A stretch of 64,000 nt of DNA, taken from the NCBI GenBank assembly GCA_004431415.1, contig QPMI01000524.1, positions 209,572 to 273,571 of the forward strand, given 5' to 3'. The stretch comes from Cyanophora paradoxa CCMP329. Taxonomy: Eukaryota; Plantae; Glaucophyta. The translations under genes were made by a program, and so were the position numbers. Shown in pieces: positions 54,500-64,000 of this stretch (the first letter of the stretch is position 1; the number at the start of each line of letters is the position of its first letter). The notes under the pieces were generated by a model. It saw only the letters and a list, made by a program, of their open reading frames with translations. It did not search any database and was not told where the DNA came from.

Positions 54500-56490
54500 G
54501 TCTCCCTGCGCAGCATGGCGGCGGGGCGGGGCGGGGCGGGCGGGGCGGGGTGGGGCGGGCGGGGCGGCTCACGAAGCTGGGCGGGGCGAAGCTCGAGGCT
54601 GCTCGCCGAGCTGTCGCTTGACGCGGCGTGCAGAGGCCTTGCCTCCTGCGCGTCTCTCAGCGCTTCGCGGCGGCGGAGCGGGGTGGGGCGGGGCGGGGCG
54701 GCTCACGATCCCGGGCGGGAGATGCTCGAGGCCGCTCGCCGAGCTGCCGCTCGACGCGGCGTGCGGAGGCCTTGCCTCCTGCGCGGCTCTCACCGCAGCA
54801 TGGCGGCGGGACGGGGCGGGGCGGGGCGCGGCGGGGCGGGTGGGGCGGGCGGGGCGGCTCACGAAGCAGGGCGGAGCTCAGCTCGAGGCTGCTCGCCGAG
54901 CTGCCGCTCGACGCGGCGTGCAGAGGCCTTGCCTCCTGCGCGTATCTCAGGGCTTCGCGGCGGCGGAGCGGGTGGGGCTGGGCGGGGCGACTCACGATCC
55001 CGGCGGGGGAAGCTCGAGGCCGGTCGCCGAGACCGGCAAGCGAGACATGGCCCGCCGCTGCAGAGGCCTTGCCTCCTGCGCGTCTCTCATCGCTTCGCGG
55101 CGGCGGAGTGGGGTGGGGCTGGGCGGGGCGGCTCACGATCCCGGGCGGGGGAAGCTCGAGGCCGGTCGCCGAGCTGCCGCTCGACGCGGCGTGCGGAGGC
55201 CTTGCATCCTGCGCGTCTCTCAGCGCAGCATCCTGATCCTCCTCCTGTAGATGGGTGTAGGCGTCCGGATTCTTCATGATCAGCGACCTCGTGACGAAGC
55301 CGGGCGGGGCGAGGCTCGATGCCGTTCGCCGAGCTGCCGCTCGACGTGGCGTGCAGCTGTCTTGTCTCCTGCTTGTCTTTCGGCGCGGCATGGTGGCGGG
55401 GTGGGGCGGGGCGGGGGGGGCGGGGCGGGGCGGCTCACGAAGCCGGGCGGGGTGAATCTCGAGGCCGCTCGCCGAGCTGCCGCTCGGCTCGTCGTGCAGA
55501 GTCCTTGTTTCCTGCGCGTCTCTCAGCGCAGCATGGCGGCGGAGCGGGGCGGAGTGGGGCGGGGCGGCTCACGAGCCCGGTCGGGGGAAGCTCGAGGCCG
55601 CTCGCCGAGCGGCTGCTTGAAGCGGCGTGCGGAGGCCTTGCCTCCTGCTTGTCTCTCAGCGCAGCATGGCGGCGGGACGGGCCCGGGGCGGGGCGCGGCG
55701 GGGCGGCTCACGAAGCCGGGCGGGGCGAAGCTCGAGGCCGCTCGCCGAGTTGCCGCTCGACGCGGCGTGCGGAGGCCTTGCCTCCTGCGCGTCTCTCAGC
55801 TCAGTATGGCGGCGGGTCGGGGCGGGGCGGGGCGGGCGGTGCGGGCGGGGCGGGGCGGCTCACGAAGCCGGGCGGGGCGAAGCTCGAGGCCGCTCGCCGA
55901 GTTGCCGCTCGACGCGGCGTGCGGAGGCCTTGCCTCCTGCGCGTCTCTCAGCTCAGTATGGCGGCGGGTCGGGGCGGGGCGGGCGGGGCGGTGCGGGGCG
56001 GGGCGGGGCTGCTCACTAAGCCGGCGGGGCGAAGCTCGAGGCCGCTCGCCGAGTTGCCGCTCGACGCGGCGTGCGGAGGCCTTGCCGCAGTGCCTCCTGC
56101 TTGTCCCTCAGCGCAGCAGGCCGCTCGTCGAGCTGCCGCTCGACGTGGCGTGCAGAGGCCTTGCCTCGTGCACTTTTCGCATCGCAGCATGGCGTCGGGG
56201 CTGGGCGGGGCGGGGCGGGGCGGGTCGGCTTACGCACCCGGGCAGGGTGAAGCTCGAGGCCGCTCGCCGAGCTGCCGCTCGACGCGGCGTGCAGATCTAG
56301 ATGCCTTGTCTCCTGCGCGTCTCTTTGCGCAGCATGGCGGCGGGGCGGGGAGGGCGGGCGGGACGGGGCGGCTCACGAACTCTGTGCGGGGCGAAGCTCA
56401 AGGCTGCGAGGCTAGGCCGCTCGTCGAGCTGCCGCTCGACGCGACGCGCAGAGGCCTTGCCTTCTGCGTGGCTCTCAGCGCAGCATGGAG
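54500..56490. repeat. GC-rich satellite, ~130-bp unit, roughly 14 copies
   Basis: Recurring gcggctcacga...gctcgaggccgctcgccgagctgccgctcgacgcggcgtgcggaggccttgcctcctgcgc. Confidence 0.9.
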
Positions 56491-58260
56491 GGATGTCGCT
56501 GACGCTCCCCGCAACCTCGCCGGTGCTGAATGACTGAGAAAACGTCATTGCGCGCCGATCAGTACCGAGCCACAGATCGGGGATCAATATCTGCCGTCGA
56601 GTCAGAGGAGACACGCGAAGCGGCAAAACTGGTTCGCGATTCTCCCTGGGCCTCGGGCTGGAGAAGGCGACAGAATTCTCTGTGCCACCTGCGGGACGGG
56701 TCGGGTGGAGCGCACTGCGGCACCTCGCGTTCGAGGGCCCAGCATCTCGGTCTCCTTCTGTTGAGCAGTTGAGCGCGCGTGCTCAGGATCTCTCGGGCGC
56801 GAGGCGCACTTCCGGCTTTGCTTTGAGCGCCGCTTGGTCGAGCACGACGCGACTCGAGCTCGTATTGTGGACGGTGTACACCTCCGTCGTCCGGCAGCTG
56901 TGGTTTTTCCTCCGTCCGCCGTCTGTAGCGTTTGCTCTCCGGTCTTATAGTTGTACCCTTGTCTTGCCTGCTTAGTTGCTTGGCCACAGCATCGTCGTTC
57001 GGGCACCGCAGAGAGCGCAGTTGCTTGGACACAGGCACATCGTATTGTGCCGCACGCTTGGCTAAGCCAGGCCGCTCGTTTTACTCGCGGTCGCAAGGGC
57101 TCCGTTACTTGCGGTCGCAAAGACTCCGGGAGCCTCAGTTTGGGTAGGCTCCGGTGAGGCGTATAAGGTGACTATTTGATCTCACGGAGTGCGGCTACTC
57201 CGTGGGACGCGACTTGATTCCTGGACGCAGTACTAGTACTAGTCACCGCCGGCGCCTGTCGGATTGGACTCTGATGAGTGCGGCTGCCGTCAGCTCCGCT
57301 AGCGAAGGTGGTCGCAAATCTCTACATTGTTAGCGTGTTCGGCGCGACCTGCCTTCTGCAACTGACTTGAGCATCATCGCTGCAGGCACTGCTCCTTCGT
57401 CAAACGAGTGCTTTCCGTCGCTTAGCTCGTCTTCTACCGATGAGAGCGCTGCCGCCGCGGAAGACAGTTCTAAGGATCTTCCAGCAACCGCTGCGGACTC
57501 TACTCCTGTCGCTGATGGTGCGTCATTTATTTAATAAGTTGTCGTTTTTCTTTCTTATTCTCTTAGCGCATATTCTGATATATCTGAACGTTTTATCGGC
57601 CTGCGGCAGCGTTTCATAAGGAGCGGTTCCGGCGAAATCTGGCATATTGGAACCGCCCTTTGAAACCAGCTGATTTCGATGATGATGAGCTTGTTGTTGA
57701 AGGTGGCCTTACTTTGGAACCAACTGATGGTGATGATCATGTTTTCGATGGTGACTTGTCTGATTACTGTGATTGCTCTTCTGACGTTTTATTTCGCAAT
57801 TGCGATTGACAGCAATTATATCAGATGCAGGCTCTTTTTTACCGAGAGTTACTGGGTCTGGAGGGAATGCTTCGACTGCGACGGCTGTAGACCCGCACGG
57901 CCAGGGGGCCGAGGATCTGCCTGTCAACGAGGGAGGCGAGGATCATGGGTCGGCTGAACTTCCGCGCCCCCTCGTGCCCACCCCCGGTCCTACGCCTCTC
58001 CTTCCAGCTCTCCGGCCTCTGTGCCTGCCGGGCGACCGGCCGGCGAGCGTCGTGTGTCTCCTTTCCCGGGAGACAGCGACCCGATTATCATCATCGTTGA
58101 TGAGAGCGATGCCTTGGGGCAGGCGGGCGACGAGGAGGGGTCTCCGAGAGCGCGTTCTCCTCGTGCTGTTTCGGAGCCTGATCCATCTGTTGAGGCTCCC
58201 GATGCGGCAGACGACCGTGCTACTGATGCGGCAAATCTACCAACACTCGGCAGCGCCACC

Positions 58261-59790
58261 GACCCGGTGAGTCTGGTGCTCGATGTTGCAGCAGGCGCCG
58301 CGCTGTCCTGCGGCGCCTGCCCTTACGCCGATCACGGCGCAGGTTGCCGCGTCGGCGTCTGCGCCTTCTCGTCTGCCTGGCGGTCTTGAGGGCGACGCCC
58401 TGGTGCAGGGGGCCGCGGGCGTCGAGAGTGGGTCCGACCCGGTGAGTCTGGTGCCCGATGTTGCAGCAGGCGCCGCGCTGTCCTGCGGCGCCTGCCCTTA
58501 CGCCGATCACGGCGCAGGTTGCCGCGTCGGCGTCTGCGCCTTCTCGTCTGCCTGGCGGTCTTGAGGGCGACGCCCTGGTGCAGGGGGCCGCGGGCGTCGA
58601 GAGTGGGTCCGACCCGGTGAGTCTGGTGCCCGATGTTGCAGCAGGCGCCGCGCTGTCCTGCGGCGCCTGCCCTTACGCCGATCACGGCGCAGGTTGCCGC
58701 GTCGGCGTCTGCGCCTTCTCGTCTGCCTGGCGGTCTTGAGGGCGATGCCCTGGTGCAGGGGCCGCGGGCGTCGAGACCGGGTCTCTGGATCGCGCCCTCC
58801 GCATGCCGGTTTGCAGACCGATCCATTCGTCCTACAGCTGGTTCCCGATGCGGCAGGCGACCGTGCCGCTGCTGCGGCGAATCTGCCAACACTCGCAGCG
58901 CCACCGACCCGGTGAGTCTGGTGCTCGATGTTGCAGCAGGCGCCGCGCTGTCCCGCGGCGCCTGCCCTTACGCCGATCACGGCGCAGGTTGCCGTGTCGG
59001 CGTCTGCGCCTTCTCGGCTGCCTGGCGGTTTGAGGGCGATGCCTTGGGCAGGCGGCCGTGGGCGTCGAGAGTGGGTCCGACCCGGTGAGTCTGGTGCTCG
59101 ATGTTGCAGCAGGCGCCGCGCTGTCCTGCGCGCCTGCTTTTACGCCGATCACGGCGCAGGTTGCCGCGTCGGCGTCTGCGCCTTCTCGTCTGCCTGGCGG
59201 TCTTGAGGGCGACGCCCTGGTGCAGGGGCCGCGGCGTCGAGACTGGGTCTCTGGGATCGCGCCCTCCGCATGCCGGTTTGCAGACGATCCATTCGTCTAC
59301 AGCTGGCTCCCGATGCGGCAGACGACCGTGCCGCTGCTGCGGCAAATCTGCCACACTCGCAGCGCCACCGACCCGGTGAGTCTGTTGCTCGATGTTGTAG
59401 CAGGCGCCGCGCTGTCCGCGGCGCCTGCCCTTACGCCGATCACGGCGCAGGTTGCCGTGTCGGCGTCTGCGCCTTCTCGGCTGCCTGGCGGTTTTGAGGG
59501 CGACGCCGTGGGGCAGGCGGCCGTGGGCGTCGAGAGTGGGTCCGACCCGGTGAGTCTGGTGCTCGATGTTGCAGCAGGCGCCGCGCTGTTCTGCGGCGCC
59601 TGCCCTTACGCCGATCACGGCGCAGGTTGCCGCGTCGGCGTCTGCGCCTTCTCGTCTGCCTGGCGGTCTTGAGGGCGACGCCCTGGTGCAGGGGGCCGCG
59701 GGCGTCGAGACCGGGTCTCTGGGATTGCGCCCTCCGCATGCCGGTTTGCAGACCGATCCATTCGTCCTACAGCTGGCTCCCGATGCGGCT
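58261..59790 (+). repeat. 175-bp tandem repeat made of a 76-nt intron plus a 99-nt exon; 7 intron copies
   Basis: GTGAGT donors at 58267, 58442, 58617, 58912, 59085, 59376 and 59550, each ending cggcgcAG. Confidence 0.85.
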
Positions 59791-61037
59791 CCAGCGGGAG
59801 AGAGGGACGCTCCCACTACAGGAGGGGTGTGCATGATTCACTTCGCTCAAACTCCTTCTAATTCTCTGGCTTTTTTCAGCAGGGTCCTTGCCTGCGGGAG
59901 ATTTGAGCTGCCGTCACTCGTCATGGAACGCGCGGTGGGTGCTGCGAAAGATCTTAAGAGGGCGTTCGATGCGGTTGTGAATGCGACGAATCTGTTGCCG
60001 TGGGAAGGCGACGATTGGCTACCCTCAGTATGTTCTTGTATCTTGATTTTTTGTACTCTCATCTATTTTTGAATGTGTCTTTCCTTCCAGCCAAACCGGT
60101 GTTTCCGCCTGAGATCTTCTGGAACGTCCTGGGAATATCCGAGGCATTGTGGTCTTTACTTGTTGCTGAACAATATTATGACGGCAGTCTTCAAATTGAA
60201 GTACAACTTGCGGGAAGCAGCGGAGGCCTTCAACAAGTTTGTCGTCCTAACCCAACGGCGTTCGTACAGCATTCATCTACACAGTACCATGGAGCGTGCC
60301 TTCAACTGGCTGCTTAACTCTAAATCAGTCACTTTGGAGGACGCGGCTGAAATATCTGCGTACGGTCATCTAATGCCTTCGACACGTCATTCCTGGATGA
60401 CGAGGCCACGTCGAACATGCGCCAGATGACAGAGACGACCTTCAAGTCGTGGTTGCACAGGGACTGACGCCCCGTGAAATTGTGGTGGAACTAGCGAAGA
60501 TGCGCGATGACGGAGTGAAACACTATCTGCACGTCGAGATGATGGCTGCGTCGTTCATCAATTTCATTGAATTATCGCGGATCGAAGAGGTCTCGAAGGC
60601 TACTTACGGATCGATGTGGATGATTACTGTCGTCTACAGCATTTATTGTCGTCGCCGAATCCAGATATCGGTTCTGGGTTCAAGCATCTGACCCATCTTC
60701 TGGACTGCATCAGCGAATTGAAGAATTTGCGTCTTGAATTCGAGCGAAAGTTGTCGTCGTCGCACCCGTGCGCAGATGAAGCCGAGCTACTTTCTTTGCA
60801 ATGTCCAGTGATATCCGGAATTCTAACCGAGAGAAACCGAATCGTCTTGTCTTGGAGGGACTCTGTGATAACGTATGATTCAAACGGTAGTGATGGCAAA
60901 ATGTCGCGCGTCGCCAAAGATGCATTCATCCGAATTGTTAAATCTACAATCACGCGATTGGGCACGTCAGTTGCGGGTGCCTCGAATTTGGTGATGCCAC
61001 TGTTCTGTATCGCCTGAGTTAATACTGGAATGCGCAG

Positions 61038-61660
61038 ATTGGAACGCGAAGGACGGAGACACAGTACTTTATAGTTTCGACGATGGGGTTCTTAGTGGAT
61101 CTCTCAAACGTCGGGACATTGCTACCCTGAGACCGAACGAAGAATTTACTGATGAGGTCGTGAATTTTTCCACCAGTGAGTTAACGCAGTTTCTTGCAGC
61201 GTCATGCGCTTTTGATTGTTGCCGTGACCACGAACGGTATAGTTGCTTGATGGAAAAGTTGCGTGATCCGACGTTCAGGGCTTCTGTACCTGCGACGAGT
61301 GTCTGTTTTTTCAACACGTATTTTACCGTGCTTCTGAAGGTGTGTATCATGTATCGCCTTATCCGTCTTGCCGATATTGACTATGCACAGGCGGGGTACG
61401 GGAATCGGATCGGGCTAGGAAATGGTTCGTTAAGGCTGGCGTGAATATTTTCAAAACCCAGTTTCTTGGTTTCCTGTGCACCTGCCCAAGTAAGCGTCTC
61501 GCCTTCTTTTAGTGCAGCGGCATGCATACTGATCAATGTGCAGTCATTGGATTCTCGTAATTGTCTGCAATTTGGGTAGCCTCGGCCAACGAATATCGGA
61601 CCCTCGACTGCGACCGGCTATTGTGCAAGTGTGTTCAATGGGTACGGACGAGAACGCATT
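61038..61660 (+). pseudogene. Second Ulp1/SENP-like protease domain, spliced and apparently frameshifted
   Basis: VLYSF...RRDIATLRPNEEFTDEVVNF, CFFNTYF, RKWF...VNIF...PVHL and HWILVIVCN. Frame breaks occur near 61410-61470 and the catalytic Cys was not located. Confidence 0.55.
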
Positions 61661-64000
61661 CTTGACCGGAAATGTACACGTCTCCTTAAGGCTCGCTTAT
61701 AAGGTCGGCTTTGTGTATATGACTACGGGGCTCTGTAACGTGAATCCGATTCAGGTTCTTCCAATCGGCGTACCGGGACAAGGCTCTGTTTCCCGGGTCA
61801 CCTCGCGATATATTATCCGGTGACCTTGTTTTCAACTATGTTGTAGCCGAAGTACGTACATTCTGGCTGGATTATAATATTTAAGGCATTCGATTGATGG
61901 GGCTGTTTGCAGGCAACGCGTCAAGGAGGCGTTGATTGCGGTGTTCATGTTTGTGTGAACTCAGAGCTACTCGTTACAGGTTGCCTAACCGAATTTATGC
62001 AAACTGAGGGTGGTAGCGTATCTACTCCACAGGTTACTGTTGTGTGTCGTCTCACTCCATATCTCCTGATTTGCTAATAGTTCATTTGCACCCCTGACGA
62101 CATCGTGAATATGAGGACGCTCATATATTCCCTGGCTTGTGAGAAGGTGGGTTCTCATGTTTTTTGACCTGCATCATTTGAAATGTATGATTAATATATT
62201 TGCGCGTTTATGGACTTCTCAGATTTCAGATCTACATCAGATTGCACGCAATGAGGACGCGATTCAGAGGTACTCGGACATGCTGTTATCGTTGGTGACT
62301 GCATGCGTTTTGCTTGGCTTATTGTTATTTATTTATTTTCTCACCAACTGTTACCTAGCATCCTCGAACCTCCTGCCGACGAGCCTCGTGTGGCCTACAT
62401 GATTCATCCGGTCAGCGTGGGCTTCAACAATCCGATGCCATTAAATCGGTATGTCGTGCGCTCTTTCAACTGGCCCGTCTATTAATTCCAATGACAAGTT
62501 CGCAGGTTCTGAGCCGCGTTGCAGCCCGCGACGGGTCACCCAAGCTTGGCAGTAAACTTTTGAGCCCGTCTCTCTGCGCGGAGTGCTCGCATGTCCCATT
62601 GTGCGGACCGTGGAGTTGACCCGCAACCGTCACGTCTACCCAATCGGCGTTCCAGCCTGCGAGTCGGCGATGATGTAGTCGCCGTTGCGGTTCCCCATGC
62701 GTTTGCCTTCACGCTGATCCCTGTGCAGGATTCGGTTCGGCATTCGCACCTCCCGAACAGCCGGTTTCTGGGGGCGATGCATTGGGCCGGCGAGTGACAT
62801 GAAGCCCGTTCTCTGGCCGTCTTGCCGGTGCCATCACCTGCCTCTCCGTCGGTCCCCGACCAAGGTTTGGTTGAAAACACGCGATATTATCTGTCGTTGA
62901 TCGTTGCTGGCCTATTTGCAGCTGCTATTCAACAAGGTGTCGCAGGAGCGAGTGTACCTGGTTCACGTCGCAGTGGTAAGATACGAGAAGAGCCAGATGG
63001 TGAGGTTGATTTTTGGGCCTATCCTGATGGAATCCTTAATTAAATCTGTTCGAGTGTCTGCTTATTTAACATGAGCAGGTGACCGCCAACGATCGAATCC
63101 TGCAGTTGTCCAGTTTCAAGTCGACGGAAAAAAGTATAAAATCTGTAGTTCATCTTCTGATGCACCGGTGCGGGTTCAATTAATATTTATCACACCATTT
63201 GAACATCCTCAATTATTCACTACGATCCTACCAGGATCAGTCCAAGGAAGATGCTGCTGACAGACGGCGCACGCGTGTATCGACTGGTGCAAGTAGCAAA
63301 AAGTCTCCGGGTTCGACACAAGGAATGGTTGCACACCAAGGCCGTTCTGCGTCCAAAAAGCGGAAAGCAAGCAAAGTAACTGTTCCCCGACGCGATGCCA
63401 GCGGCGTGAGTGATTAATAGTTGTACTCAATCGCACTATTTATGATTCCCCTTTGAATATGCGGTGTTTTGTATATTAGGCTGGGAAAAGGGCGAGAACG
63501 GGTGATTCCGATGATGACGACAACGGTGCTGATCGTGTGAGTAGTTTACTCTATATATATGTGTCGATGATTCCCGTTTGATTCTTTGTGTTGTATCGAA
63601 GGATGCTGATGCTAGCGACATTGACAGTGTTTCTTTGTCGGTGAATGCATATCTGTGCGATTCTCTTACTTGGTTTTTTTTGATGACCTTCGTTGGATCC
63701 CAGTCGGATACACCTCCTGGCCATTCCGGTGGCAGAAGCGGAAACGTGGGTGAGGCACTATCGGTGAGTGGTCTCCCGATATCCAGCTCGACATTTGTAT
63801 TTTCTGATCCCTGTTCAGCTTATACCAGCGACGTCGACCATAGTGGAAAATGAGCGGAAGTCCTTGAAATTTCTGTCGCGTAAGGCTCGGGTGGCGTGGA
63901 TGGTCAAATCTTTATCTGCATCTGCGGATACCCTACAGAGTTCAGTTGGGCCGATGATTACATCAACGGGCAGTTCATCTGGACCAGTTGTGGCTTGTGC

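Noticed and set aside
49878-56533. Many long Arg/Ala/Gly/Pro-rich ORFs in all frames
   Set aside because: These are a by-product of stop-poor GC-rich satellites.

Overview
Eukaryotic genomic window, probably from a protist or alga; the host taxon cannot be determined from sequence alone. Two GC-rich, intron-dense host flanks (about 1-20.6 kb and 46-64 kb) contain an F-box/LRR gene, two Ulp1-type protease domains, unidentified spliced genes, local duplications and three satellites. They surround an AT-richer, intron-less, gene-dense island of about 25 kb (about 20.66-45.3 kb) that reads as an apparently intact endogenous Polinton-like virus. Its core genes are a double-jelly-roll major capsid protein, two head-to-head minor capsid (penton) genes, an A32-type packaging ATPase, an rve integrase with a D,D(35)N triad, and a 1344-aa fusion of a Cys-protease-like domain, PolB, SF1 helicase and HNH domain. 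Its accessory set is unusual: five phage-like fibre genes (four share an N-terminal domain but carry two different head types), a patatin-discoidin fusion, a bacterial-type AdoMet decarboxylase and a RING protein. Two exact intergenic motifs recur four times each (GCAAAAAATGA, resembling giant-virus early promoters, and TATTTTCTCC). I could not find terminal inverted repeats or a target-site duplication, so the element boundaries are approximate. All family assignments are by motif recognition, not database searches.
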